IMG/VR virus record: IMGVR_UViG_3300020474_000007
Span: 10,498 to 74,497 of that record
Source of the DNA: a virus
Direction: 5' to 3' (one strand)
Length of the DNA: 64,000 nt
The position numbers were made by a program, and so were the translations under genes. Under the pieces are notes generated by a model, which worked only from the letters and a program-made list of their open reading frames with translations, was not told the origin of the DNA and did not search any database. Of this stretch, positions 21,601-30,900 are shown one piece after another; positions within the stretch are counted from its first letter, which is position 1, and each line of letters begins with the position of its first letter.

Positions 21601-24600
21601 CAGCTGAACAACAACCATTCTTTAAGCCTCAAGATGTAGGGTCTAAAGGTTATCTTTTACAATCTAGAGCGCTTACTTTTGAAGAACCACTTTATGATCA
21701 TGAAAAAATAGAAGATTTTGCACATATATCAGCAGAAGAAGAGTATCCAAACAACACTACATCTTCTATAGTCTTAATTGCTACGTTAGCCTCTGAAGCT
21801 AGGGACAAATTAGAATCAGGAAATGATGAAGCTATTTATTTTTATAGAAATATGTTTTGCAGAAATGATCAAAAATTTACTGATGAAGATATGTATGATG
21901 ACAACCCAAACATATTCGACAACAAAAACTATAGAGTCAATGTTGCTCAATTAGGTGGTTGGACGCAGAGAACTTCATTTGTTGATGGGTATAAAGACTC
22001 GTACCTTTACACAGAAGACAATTTTACTGACAGCAACGGTGACATTCAAGTTAAGAAAGCTGGCCTAATACATGAAAACAGTAGATTGTATTATGACTCA
22101 GCAACTCCCGATCAAGGATTTATAGACAGAATAGACTTAAATGTGACTATGGATGAACTACTTAACGGTAAAGATGGTGAACAATATAATAAATACGATG
22201 GGCATCATTACCAAGTGTGCTGGATTGCAAATACTAAGTCTCTACCAAGCGATGATGATTTAAATAAACTTAAACTATGGTTACAGTCTGGTAATAAAAA
22301 GCTCGTCATAACCTACGGTCACGATAATGATCTTGAGGTAAACAGTTTCGGCACACGACACTTCCCAAGACTCGACGGTGTTGGAACGATAGGTGTAAAT
22401 AACGTAGAAGTTCCTTCTCAAGAAATAGCAGAAAACACTACTAAGTTATGTCAGAAGCTTGGCATAACAATGAAACCCCTCAAAACTAATGCAATAGATT
22501 ATTCTGCCCCCAACGAAAGACGAAATGAAAGCCTCTTACCTATAATAGAAAGATATGCTGAATGGGGCAGAGATGTTGCAAAGTTTAATTCTCTCACCCA
22601 GAGGGATGAAGCTTTGCCAGAATTTCCTCCTACTAGCAAGTACGCATTTGTTAGTGACAATAAGAGACTTAAAAGATTTGTATTTACAGACTTCTCTTCT
22701 GCTCCTAATTATGACTTATCTAAACAAGGTCAAAGCAAGACTAATGTAAATAGTCTCTTCATTCCTATTGATCTTAACGGTGGAAAACCAATAGCCAGAA
22801 TTATCTCTACTAATCATAACAGAAGATATTTACATTATAATCAAATTAGAAATACTAAATACAAAACAAATTTATCTTATTTTAATAATTCTGGTTTTAC
22901 CAAGGTTAGCTTTGCTACTCCTGCATATCAAACCTCTGGTTATTATTTAGATCTTAAATTTGAATCATTTTCAAACGAAAGCTTAAAATACGAAATAGGC
23001 GTGACCAATGCGGTTCATCAAGATCCTATAAAGGGTGGCCCCGGCGAATCAAGAAAACATACTCTTACACTATACAATGATAATAGGCAACAAGTTGGAC
23101 AAATTGAATACAATGGATTAAGAACTCATGCTAGTGGTCCAAACAAAACCCTTGGTCCTTTTTATGCTACTAGTTCTGGTATAGACATTTATTTTGGTGT
23201 TAACGAACGAAAATTGACAAATTTAGGGGATACTGATGCTCTCCCACTGTCAATGCGACTTGTTCACGTTTCGGGATACGCTGTCCCTACTTATGTAAAC
23301 ACAACCCCTGTTACCGTGCCATCCTCCGTGCAAGTCATGGAAGTGCGTCCCGCAGTTCCTCCCATAGATATAAACTATGCACCAGAATATAGACAAATTA
23401 GCTCTATTCACGAAATTTATTGCGATTCAGCCACATGCTCTAGCGAGTTTGATAAACCATTTAATTCTAGAGGCGGTCCTGTAACTGTAAACGACCCTAC
23501 CCATGATCACTTATCTGGTCAGAATATATATGCTGTAGATGGACCTGTTATAGCATCTCAAGAAATAGAAACTTTTAGTCCTTTTATAGCTGGAGTTAAC
23601 AGGTCTAGAATAACTGTTATCAGTGATCCAAGTATATTCCAAGGTCCAACAGTTTTAACAGATCAACAAACTATTAGAGAAGAGTTAGTTGAATTTATTC
23701 AAAGTCTATATCCCAACACTGTGTTCCCCGTGCAAACAAAGGGGAAACAATTTATTAATAGGACCAAGCTCGTAGCTCCCGAACGTGGAAGTCCTGCTAA
23801 ATGGTATGGCGCTCACGGCGGGTCTGGATTGATTATGAGGTTCTTACCAAGTGGAACCACCAGCGTAACTAGATCTAACATGAGTGCATTTACTGGTCAT
23901 GAGTCAAGTTATGATCCTACTTATGTACATCGCCCTAAATATTCTTTTGAATGCGAAGATGCTCCACCAGTAAAAGACAGAGAAAAAGCAATGCGTCTAC
24001 AAAAACGAGCATTCCTTTCTAGCGCCATTGCTCTTGGAATATTGCCACAATTTAGTGGAGAGTATAAAGGCAAAGTATATGCTGATAATTGCTCCATGTA
24101 TGCGGAAACTACTAAGGACTTCTTGGATCTTGAAGAGTTTCCATCTGGGTATCCCGGTGACTTATTTGGGTACACAGTCAAGGCGCTTGGAGATAAAGTT
24201 TATGTTGGATGTCCATTTGGAGCTTATTCTCAGGAGGATAAAATTGTAAGTTGGTCTGGAATTGCTGGTACTCCAAGTCAAACAATTCCGTCTGGAGTTG
24301 CTGTAAGTAATTATGGTGGGGCGGGTGCTGTCTATTCATTTGAAAGAAATCTGAAGGGGAAAAGCCCCATAAGAAACAAAGACTTTGCTTGGGAAATGGT
24401 TCGTAAATTCAGACCCAACTCAATTAATCCGGGCTTAGATTTGTCTAATACTCTGGAAGCTCAGTCAAGCCATATCTTGGGTACGCATACCTACACTCAA
24501 ACTTACCTAGAAAATAATAGCCAGTTTACCGATAAGTTTGGAATGGCTCTTGATTCTATGTCTGGTGTTCTTGTTATTGGTGCGCCGGGACATGACTTCC

Positions 24601-25625
24601 AAAATTTTGTTGAGTTAGACCCAAGAACTGGACTGTTTATCAATAAAGCTTTTGGACATTCCTTTGACATACGAACAAGAACTGTGCATGACTTAGGCAC
24701 TTCTGGTAATAGACATTTATATCCAAACAGCGGATTGGCAATACTAAATAATGGAGCAGCCTACTTATACAGTGAAGAATTTGATTTTTCTAAGAAACAA
24801 AATGGGTGGAAGTTTGTTGAGAAAATTTCCCCACAGGGGTACGGATCTCATGAACAATATCGTATAATTCCTCCGGGGTATCCAACTGAAGTTGCTGATT
24901 CTGGATCAGAGAATTCTAATTTTGGCAACGCTGTTTCTGTTGTTAGAAGACAAAGAACAGATGCCGACTACACCATAGCCATTGGAAGCAAGGGACACCC
25001 CTTCTCTGGCGTTGGTGGTCACAGCTTGAATCATGGGGCAGCGTATACTTATGATTTAATGTTAAGAAACAATGCGGCTGTAACTCAAAATTCAAGCACC
25101 AATATTAAGGCTAGACTATTCTCTCAGACAAGCGGAGAGCAGCCTGACTACCCAATAGTAAATATGAATATTACTAATAATAATCAAAATTACAAAGAGT
25201 ATTATGCTACTGGTATAATTAATAGCAATTCTTTTGGAGAAATATTCTTAGAGGTTTCTGGAGACGATCCTTCGCAATATGGATTCCCGGCACACAGACC
25301 ATATATAGAATCCGTCAATGGCAAAATGCTTGTTGGCACGAATATATGGAATGGAGCCTTAATGTTTGTTGAGGGTCAACCCAACTTAACCTCGGGTGTA
25401 TTAAACCTTTCTACTATAGTGCCTAGTTCTGAATTCGTGTATAATGATATAGGATTGTATTCTTTTGGTGTAGGTGGCCTTGTAAACGTTGGTGATTCGG
25501 GCTTATCTCTGTACAATCAATCTGAGACTCCAATAACCCTTGCGGAGTCTGGACTAACATTTTTTACGAGTGGTGTAAGGACTGACGCTGAGACGTTAAA
25601 CTTCCGTATCAGAGGATATAAATAA
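12612..25625 (+). CDS. giant (4337 aa) adhesin-like tail/virion protein: cupredoxin-like N-terminus, Thr-rich linker, LamG-like region, FG-GAP propeller
   Basis: H...CDVHGSSM copper motif, T-rich repeats, a LamG-like segment at about 15950-16460 and seven FG...GAP-type repeats. Follows the tape measure gene. Confidence 0.75.
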   Translation: MATFNITVLSTSSTSNGYRFSGVDRNGAISGTNNETINVNANDAINFTFYNSSSHPFSLAGTSISGKSATGGYYSYPSYASHTFTTGGTYIYDCDVHGSSMQGNIVVAAGTTTTTTTTTSTTTTTTTTAAPTTTTTTTTTTTAAPTTTTTTTTAAPTTTTTTTAAPTTTTTTAAPTTTSTTTTAAPTTTAAPTTTAAPTTTAAPFDDGTYNITSTFPDMNMLPSPSVPASATYATTTTTAAPSDQCTLCTKEHTLELSGDSALKASVFGMRTLRLKIKGTSAIKINPQVSVIRNTPVVLKSNGKIRASANSIMNPRKFIKVNNGNIKANLEFAGPLSVRTKIKLGSIFSNTHVDKVVGHFATLGSFLPQQKLYPSGDISSSSMINQDGSTANLYQSIDEGVAIGQYIKPDSQSSLVSDDSGTFIHPSAIRSDGSFSYKCAVSPAIINTDHSFLFMRAAAPLRNYGSDNAPQYTLQNIKLEDPSGNLIVHYKDVVVRGDADYDSDGPLSKNYFTIISEPAINYGGLGAWEKNYPFFGAHHVRGSNSFSLSLDITAKCLDDPFSQGFDIGYEENVCDIPELSVINDEDDFQSIAGSPISTQGQDIFLNPTDSFRISAIEICNSGGPRSDLALAPAHDNYVTAFVQAQAKGKLITKHIFPSQVLTHNFDTSIWPDVNSTWYHSGEAGVLTNNNVLVSSGKLLAEQISDRQASTHIKLINSSIQDSGKLLLKFEDTKQLFTTFTSDNDVAGGDFNANFNIRQRKTLPLQDTFYADIESINIKVVARKRTNSSPDYALDVVGYSDDKLLFVTEPSGGFLQNIAGGTIINQNVMSSSIVPPQELAIAKHAISDKDNSTVYSNSIANSGGDHHVLTQSPLINSIDFKQYTIPLKIYDKENLLGAPTKHDSSPYLEHLFVDIYPIPSGAEIADILLEVKYSPQNALNLRTIGTHNSDDPLVTTTVSLSPNGKVTNISSAKSLPSGENIPYAYDLTAYDNKHVYDNFARRWRGVSGKDVNEAFDASFDFSFDRRATAHPFNSGYFDFTKYRSDCVLDSEGRSFSGVFTGVTTSDIYKQLGWRFSNDLIYTGLLDPDGNAIDRRTINWSWSNSTFPNLTDAFDSAARLNDSSKYISFDSTSSNEFSFLVRFSPDYISSSDVASNLDMFHHGLIAAKYAVNDIGDKIVEFALAYEQDKLCAFSRDTTGNIIRIEDDLPYTSYVFPLTAMVTYNASDNKLRLYADSEASGTFNILRAESSAFTKVNTDQKVTLGYSAGSGLGSEVFITEFGMSSKCIDLVGSGYVEQRTSQSVGSSVDHKLTAGGVTDIFDSIRNPNHVSSRNKMYSYIDDKINNVWKLNDFRHCQFNQSFNRLSYRGDKDFVEHHLVHDGLPYSSRTNLSLPSTLQASGLAYHTQIENDFLRFNIGNASSVPSSGKFYAAAPRITKSLPRGYHFAEEAIAVDTVIDFHSDNTIAWDDGKLGPKLVVSLYSPSLIPDYDGADKSLGLVNRRIHYLEPSGCIRKITSGFNKNDLFDSSESWSVFNTEYEHVIKEFDHRHYATNINDMFLQYDVIYPSGSSFDSKVKIHSAMIRMDQALTTKPKVNDDMNLYTSGEFISIVDLSLFVDGKKSLDNLFGAPSGMSLYVSGVAVFPSSGDMNLYCSGIPTAIDEVNLYTAGHRSVSSDLVHGSDMFGSHNVGVNIYVSGQTRLLEEMSLFSYNNQTVPAASGSLNLVFPSPTLVAYNQNTSVNLFVKSPKFAEVSRILNVSMPLYSYDRDLFDFSSSMNLVNYNEPIINSSNDSVNLFTINYAAYDSNLVGQETILWNGRNVGSTVVSLDEPYISVSPTDSLRTQSTICYGDCGYGGNCNYVDINTHGVDWFKSYCTDGGIARGLDIDSNNQYYGIRKYTGLIPLYPYTISMRGFSGSTEYINLPKEIETVEYGSNSEVNFSGIKLFTNDPYGLHAKYGKSIVVKGNRLLIGAPEYDLYEGSKKLDKSGAVFLYKRLAAPSGTDWSSQPDKGGWQLDNILTLPSGFQRDYYKVTMKDVDPTSNSFVAPLRKWEVGQYGSQFGHSVDIAIDESDPSKDVIVVGAPTSKFDRVFTDPDPTPVRSCVMVFTDEFTGFESRGGVTNVAGLVQQVNARNQYYNLYASPQFKLEVDILIFECTKNTNRPFKIDQGRFRESLSVAHRFQINKIVRGDGVPEYNIIADQISQAFREVFNYDVSKTNNGLPVSLGYFVDNSASFAETAILSGIKPFLNYYEEYTFASGVQTWDNIPASGAIIKTPYTDLVGEQWEMFAMSGLNDLLSDSTISTNRELFTSGYGILYNEDNIRFNQIPPSGGRVYVFKQETAKSGLFYNQDTPIWSVSDILKLDVNDFEDEDEDVISDKKYDSFGYSVSISNNKENIAVGSPFNRSRGVTVFEQKEGFRETETHNQVAQWLATKDAEAVQFGDNASVYKTMYQKYLEYATSFGSNGAGAKLFETLDPSGRFDARIHADSFVAGKKTHEYTKVFDYHNTYNFTGSKTEIPTEFAAHPRVGFSVSLNEDATMLAVGCPTDSMNQWDDSNVWFDSNKECDEERNWRGEAGQDGYLSTPHASENYLKGFIPATWPSYVNAGAVQIFQTRKYYPHDKFVEYGIYGNKHESLLEPEAVKSGIRLPEYSYVSGIYDNLSIPFVKTPYLENTEIPDDAGVLMIVCPEVDASSPAVIQNIKDFLAKGDRNLVLVGNDPEFEAEGAYRDSNRIINTILEEVGSRVRLHAASTASRALNDDIPLNADTNVIAASVPIGSIDTYLDAGSMFASGVADIRLHDPTISTVNHPCDGAQWDEYIAALRLILNPSEQHLADNLARLTYATANIGCSPSIAHNGDLRAQWYDWCKDSANKDIRFPKNIPSAYGKIPGMTAPFCNPGLGCYVDPADDCAWRATNVDMPPRPILAAAETPPAFIVTKPGVPASSGLVHSHYVDILVGQESTTLLGAPTLPVMDWSSVLPSADATVTQYSGNYTALDLNVDNSAEQQPFFKPQDVGSKGYLLQSRALTFEEPLYDHEKIEDFAHISAEEEYPNNTTSSIVLIATLASEARDKLESGNDEAIYFYRNMFCRNDQKFTDEDMYDDNPNIFDNKNYRVNVAQLGGWTQRTSFVDGYKDSYLYTEDNFTDSNGDIQVKKAGLIHENSRLYYDSATPDQGFIDRIDLNVTMDELLNGKDGEQYNKYDGHHYQVCWIANTKSLPSDDDLNKLKLWLQSGNKKLVITYGHDNDLEVNSFGTRHFPRLDGVGTIGVNNVEVPSQEIAENTTKLCQKLGITMKPLKTNAIDYSAPNERRNESLLPIIERYAEWGRDVAKFNSLTQRDEALPEFPPTSKYAFVSDNKRLKRFVFTDFSSAPNYDLSKQGQSKTNVNSLFIPIDLNGGKPIARIISTNHNRRYLHYNQIRNTKYKTNLSYFNNSGFTKVSFATPAYQTSGYYLDLKFESFSNESLKYEIGVTNAVHQDPIKGGPGESRKHTLTLYNDNRQQVGQIEYNGLRTHASGPNKTLGPFYATSSGIDIYFGVNERKLTNLGDTDALPLSMRLVHVSGYAVPTYVNTTPVTVPSSVQVMEVRPAVPPIDINYAPEYRQISSIHEIYCDSATCSSEFDKPFNSRGGPVTVNDPTHDHLSGQNIYAVDGPVIASQEIETFSPFIAGVNRSRITVISDPSIFQGPTVLTDQQTIREELVEFIQSLYPNTVFPVQTKGKQFINRTKLVAPERGSPAKWYGAHGGSGLIMRFLPSGTTSVTRSNMSAFTGHESSYDPTYVHRPKYSFECEDAPPVKDREKAMRLQKRAFLSSAIALGILPQFSGEYKGKVYADNCSMYAETTKDFLDLEEFPSGYPGDLFGYTVKALGDKVYVGCPFGAYSQEDKIVSWSGIAGTPSQTIPSGVAVSNYGGAGAVYSFERNLKGKSPIRNKDFAWEMVRKFRPNSINPGLDLSNTLEAQSSHILGTHTYTQTYLENNSQFTDKFGMALDSMSGVLVIGAPGHDFQNFVELDPRTGLFINKAFGHSFDIRTRTVHDLGTSGNRHLYPNSGLAILNNGAAYLYSEEFDFSKKQNGWKFVEKISPQGYGSHEQYRIIPPGYPTEVADSGSENSNFGNAVSVVRRQRTDADYTIAIGSKGHPFSGVGGHSLNHGAAYTYDLMLRNNAAVTQNSSTNIKARLFSQTSGEQPDYPIVNMNITNNNQNYKEYYATGIINSNSFGEIFLEVSGDDPSQYGFPAHRPYIESVNGKMLVGTNIWNGALMFVEGQPNLTSGVLNLSTIVPSSEFVYNDIGLYSFGVGGLVNVGDSGLSLYNQSETPITLAESGLTFFTSGVRTDAETLNFRIRGYK
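12942..13223 (+). repeat. Thr-rich (T)nAAP mucin-like coding repeat, including 3 perfect 18-bp tandem copies ACCACGACCGCTGCGCCA (13152-13205)
   Basis: Read directly from the sequence. Confidence 0.95.
25437..25445 (+). promoter_or_regulatory. putative late promoter GTGTATAAT inside the 3' end of the giant gene
   Basis: AATTCGTGTATAAT is nearly identical to the intergenic AATTTCGTGTATAAT at 36436-36450. It lies about 180 nt upstream of the next gene. Confidence 0.4.
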
Positions 25626-27359
25626 ATGATTAATATATATTCACCCACAGTGAAGAATGGGACTCAACCCGTTGTTATTAGACCAACCCCATTTGTGTCT
25701 ATAGGTTCAACCCCCATACGTAATAGCATTGGAACTCTGGGTTCAACTTATAATATTACTTTAACTGGCACTATACTTCCGGGTCAAGGCTCACCTTTTA
25801 TAGACGGAACATTTCACGACACCGCCTCTAGTAGACCGGCTGATGAAGTTAATGTGTCTGGAGAATTACACCAACAGGTTTTTCGCAAACAAAACGCATT
25901 ACGAGAATTATTTGCAACTGATGGCGTTAAGATAGAAATTGTGAATCTAGAAGGCAGTGATGCTCCTAACGTAGTTTTCTACGCAAAGATGCAGTCTATT
26001 AACTTTGAGCCGGGAACATACATTGATTTATGTAGATATACTATAAATTTAACAACCAATTATATTCAAGATATAGACGGCGATGGTGTCATATGGGCAG
26101 ACGGGAGAATGCTCAACATAGAAGAAGATGAAAATAAAACTGGCGCAGATAGATTTTATGATACAACTGCTTATACTCCTGACGCACTGAGGGCAAAGTT
26201 CGGGGGTTTTGTTTCTAATTTTACTGAAAACTGGTCTTTAGAAGTTGACGAATCGTTAGGTGAGACCAGTGGTGTTCACGGTATTACTCCAAGGGCTTAT
26301 ATAGTAACAAGGAACACAAGCGCTACTGGTAGAACCGATTTTAGATTTGACTCTGGAACTGACTCAGAAAAACACGAAGCGTGGGATGAGGCTAAAAGAT
26401 TTTTAAGCACAAGTGTTTTAACCGATTTGCCGACAAAGTACCCCGGATATGCTGGCAGCACTGGTCAGGGTACTGGCGGGTTTGGAGCTATGACGCTCGG
26501 GCTAGTATCTCAGTTTAACGGGTGCAATCATTCAAGAACGGAAAATATTGATAAAACAGCAGGCGTTGTTAGTATTACTGACAGATGGTTAATGTGTAGA
26601 GACATTGCTTTTGAAAGTTATGATGCGTCAATTAGTTCGGAAACTACTGGTCCTTTTGTTTCTGTTAATATTAATGGAACTATTGCAGGCGTTAGCACCA
26701 AGCCTGCTGGTGCAGTAAGATATGGTGGTCAAACTAGTTCTTCTACTGCCAACAAGGTAGAGAACGCTTTAGCCAAATGGAACCTTGTTAGCGGTAGTGG
26801 TACTTATGATATGAGTTCTCATATATTTAAACGGGCAAATGCATTAGTTGCGCCCCACTTAAACCCACAGCCATTATCTGTGTCTCTAAGTAGAAATGAT
26901 TTTACAGGAGAATTAAGCTATGCAATTACTTATGATAATAGACCTTTGAATATTGTAACTGAAGCTATGTCAGAGACCATATCTATTAATGATACATATC
27001 CCGGCGATTTATATGCTATGATCCCCGTTATAGGCAGGGTTACTGGGCCAGTTTTACAGTATATAGGAGGTAGGACAGAATACCAAAGAAATGTTTCGTT
27101 AGAATTAATTTTTGATTATACAGATATAGATTATTCTGTTACAAGTACCAATGATGCAAAAAGAACATCTTTGTTACTTTCCAAGCCATCAGTACAAGAA
27201 CCCGCTAGAACTCAGATAGCAAATTTATTAAAATCCGTAAGCCCTTTAAAAGAGCCGGGAATCAGGAAATGTTTCTTACAAGCGCCTCAAGAAAGTTGGT
27301 CTCCAAGAGATGGTCGATACAGTTTAAATGTTTCATGGGTATATGAATTGGATCAATAA
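25626..27359 (+). CDS. putative distal tail / tail-tip protein
   Basis: Beta-rich, 577 aa, with repeated tube-like segments. Synteny in the tail module. Confidence 0.5.
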   Translation: MINIYSPTVKNGTQPVVIRPTPFVSIGSTPIRNSIGTLGSTYNITLTGTILPGQGSPFIDGTFHDTASSRPADEVNVSGELHQQVFRKQNALRELFATDGVKIEIVNLEGSDAPNVVFYAKMQSINFEPGTYIDLCRYTINLTTNYIQDIDGDGVIWADGRMLNIEEDENKTGADRFYDTTAYTPDALRAKFGGFVSNFTENWSLEVDESLGETSGVHGITPRAYIVTRNTSATGRTDFRFDSGTDSEKHEAWDEAKRFLSTSVLTDLPTKYPGYAGSTGQGTGGFGAMTLGLVSQFNGCNHSRTENIDKTAGVVSITDRWLMCRDIAFESYDASISSETTGPFVSVNINGTIAGVSTKPAGAVRYGGQTSSSTANKVENALAKWNLVSGSGTYDMSSHIFKRANALVAPHLNPQPLSVSLSRNDFTGELSYAITYDNRPLNIVTEAMSETISINDTYPGDLYAMIPVIGRVTGPVLQYIGGRTEYQRNVSLELIFDYTDIDYSVTSTNDAKRTSLLLSKPSVQEPARTQIANLLKSVSPLKEPGIRKCFLQAPQESWSPRDGRYSLNVSWVYELDQ

Positions 27360-27361
27360 TC

Positions 27362-27916
27362 ATGTATGATCGTGTTAATAAAAATTTAACTACTACATCA
27401 GCCCCGTCTTTTGACAGGTCTGCCTTTCCTATTGTAGACTCTGGTGGTTTTTTACACGTAAACAAACAAGCTCCTATCACTGAGGGAACTTCTTTATTTC
27501 CTCCCACTTCTGGGGCCATGTGGCCTTCTGGTGAGGCCAATTTTCAAACATTTGATGAAAGTAAGACTCCTCTTGCGTATCCTGCATCCCTTAGCGGTTT
27601 AATGTCTTCAGGAACTTTAGTAAATGCTCCTAGTGGTAATTTATTACTAAATAGCGGAATTAGAGATGGGTTGAGCAATGCTGCGGCTACAAAAGTTGAA
27701 GCTGATAAAAGAAATATTGTAGATGTTTTTAATCCGTATATTCACTATATTGCAAAAGATGGAGCTAGTGCTACTCAAGGTGCTATTGGTAGATCATCCC
27801 CTACGTCGCTTCCTTTTTATGTAAGGTATAATGACAAGTATGAATCTCCACGTTTATTATTTGATAAATATAAAAACATATATGTAGAGCTAGATGCTAG
27901 CGGGGTGCAGTCATGA
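27362..27916 (+). CDS. hypothetical virion protein, Ser-Gly rich
   Basis: 184 aa with 8 SG dipeptides; ATGA overlap with the next gene. Confidence 0.6.
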   Translation: MYDRVNKNLTTTSAPSFDRSAFPIVDSGGFLHVNKQAPITEGTSLFPPTSGAMWPSGEANFQTFDESKTPLAYPASLSGLMSSGTLVNAPSGNLLLNSGIRDGLSNAAATKVEADKRNIVDVFNPYIHYIAKDGASATQGAIGRSSPTSLPFYVRYNDKYESPRLLFDKYKNIYVELDASGVQS

Positions 27917-30900
27917 CAAATAGTATAGCAAGATCTTCCCACTACTACGGAGATGGCTGGCCCTCGTCTGGACTTGTCATACCTCAAGGTTTATCTACTG
28001 GTGGCTGGACGAGACAATCCAGAGGTTATCCGCAACAAACATTTCTTGGCGCTAGTATACGTAGTTTCAATATGCAGGCGGGTTTTGGAGATACCAGTTC
28101 AACTCTTACCGTAGATATGGTTGTTGACGAGTTTAATAAATCTGACGGAACTAAACTTGGACTTGGTGATGATGTATACCATAGCGGTGAGCATGATTCT
28201 TTTATGGCTCCTTTTGTCGGATCTCCAGTATTCTTTAAATTTGGTCGTGATTTTGCGACCGTAACAGATGCTTTTCAAACCGCTTATGATGTTGCGTTTA
28301 GTGTGTCTGGGATAACTAACTCTGGAATTACTTGGACAGAAGGAGGCAATGCTTACGACTCTATTGACCAAATTACTTCTTTGTCAAGCGGTGAATTTTT
28401 TAATTTAGAAACTAGCGGAATAGACACAGTAGTAATAGATGAAAATATAGGAAGACTTCATACTACTTTTGGAGGCATATTGCAATCTTACATTCAAAAT
28501 AAAAGCCCCAATGGTGAACCTGTTTATACTGTTCAAGTGGTTGACCCCAGAGAAATACTTTCTAATGTAAAACTTATTTTAAATAACTATGCTGGCACTA
28601 CTTTTGAATCTGATAATATCTACAATGTTTTTGGATTTCTTGAACATAATCTAACTAGAACACAGACTTCGGAAATGGTTTCAACTTTCGGCCCAGCATC
28701 AAAACTGGAAAGACTCGTTGATACTAGTGGAAATGTATCTTTTTCTGGCACAGATACTTTTACTGGTGATGGAGAAAATGGACTTATTTCTACGAATCCA
28801 GATCCTAGTGGTAGTCAACAAAGTGATTTTTTTGGACCAGATAAATTTCCAATGACGGGTACGGGATTTTCTAGAAGGTCAGATCAAGGTATGCCATATT
28901 ACAGAATAAATCAAGCGATAAGAGCTTTGATGGAAAGAGATGTGGACTTACCCAAGGTTTTCAAAACTACAAAATACGGCGATAAAATAAACTTTAGGGG
29001 ATTTAAATATGTAGTTGATTTAGAAGGTTTGCCTAAATTGCCAGCATTTTATTATATTGATTACGATGAAATGAATCTGATGGATCTCTGTTTGGAGATA
29101 TGTGAGGCTACTAATCATGATCTTTTTGTTAACTTGCTTCCTATAATTGATAGGCCAGAGGTTCAAAAGACATACGATGACAACATTCAAGCTATGAATG
29201 ATACAGTGACAGTTGTTGGCGACGATGAAGAAGAGGAGAAAGAATTAGTTGCGGGACTTATCAAAGTTACTGCTATAGACAGAAGTAAGCCGCCTGATAT
29301 TGGTGCTGTGCAAAAATATTTAAATGATTTAGATGTTCAAGGAATTGTTGTAGAACAAAAAGACTTGGGATATGAACTGTCTAATGTTACTACTGAAAAA
29401 TTTATACTTGGTGGTCAAGAAACAAATATGCATTTATTTAGCACTCAGGCTGATCGCGGAATGTATGCGAGAAATCAAAGGGGAGAGGGTGATGGAGCTG
29501 AACCACTTGGAACACAGTGGGATTTATTAAACTCTTTAAAACAGCAATTAGTACCATACTATGGCACTCTTAGCGATGGAGTGGTATCAATTCCAAAGGG
29601 ATATGGCTCATACCAGCAAATACTTTTAGATACAACGTCTTTGTTTGCTAATGGCGTTGGGGATTACTACGTTGCTACAGAGATGGAGCTAAGATGCGCT
29701 TTGATATCTTACGAAAAATGGGTTCAGTTTTTAATGGAGTACAACGATAAATATCTAGAGTCCGTGGAGGAAGATGATCTGATAGAGGGCAACGCCGTAG
29801 AAGGAACAGCTCCTAGCGATTTGCCTGATGGTCTAGGGGACAAAGATTTGGTTATCTCCAATAATTATGCGGTTACTGTTCCTAGATGTGTTTGGCCTAC
29901 ATATAGCTCTTCTGGAGTTAGTAAATTTGGAGAAGATGACCTTCCAACTAGCGCTTGTCATCCTCCATATGGATATCCTCTTTATTATAAAAGAGCAACC
30001 AAGCTAGGCATACCTCAAGCTGGTTTAGCGAAATTGTCATACACTTGGAATTCCCAGATTCTTCCGAAGATAACTAAGTTAAAAGCTAATAAAGACGGAG
30101 AAAATTACCAGACATTACTTTCAGATGGCTGGACAGATTTCAAGAAAGATATTTTCCAAGATTCTAATGGAAATACTGATCCATTGCTTTCTTCCTTCCT
30201 TGGTTATGTTGAAAACGCCGTTTCTGGATATGCTACGGATGTTGCGATAAATATTATAGAAGACAGAGTTTCAGATATCAATAAAGCCGCAGCTTCTTTC
30301 CCCTCAATGTCTAGAAAAGCTACTGCTAATGCAAAAAAAGTTCATTCGCATTTAAAAAATATAGCTTCGGAATGTTTGGGTAAAAAGTTTCTTGTTAAGC
30401 TACCTCACAAAACATCTAAATATTTTAATTACAATATTGAAAATGACGGCGGTATGCATATGAGCGGGCCTTATGGATTTAACAGAGTTACGCCTTCTGG
30501 AAGAGATTATCAAAACAATCAACAAGACGCAGGAGCTGGTAAAAAAAACTCCGCTTGGATGCAAGACTTTTTAGAACCAGTTCGCGCTGCTGGTAATTCT
30601 GGGGTAGATGTTAATCACAAGTCTAATTATAATGGAGCTGCTAATTCTAATTATGATTCTATAGACGACACTATACGATTCAACTACCTCCCATCTGCTC
30701 AGGGTGGATTTTTTAATCACAATCTGATGGAAGAAATCATGCCTCTGACTTTAGTTAATTCTGGACTACCATCTGGAATGAAACAATTACTGATACCCAA
30801 TGATCTAAAACATTTTGTTAACGACAACGGAAGAATTTCCTGCTATGTCAGATTTGATAATAGTCAGGATTTGTCTTTTGCAGGAATTAATCCTAGTCAT

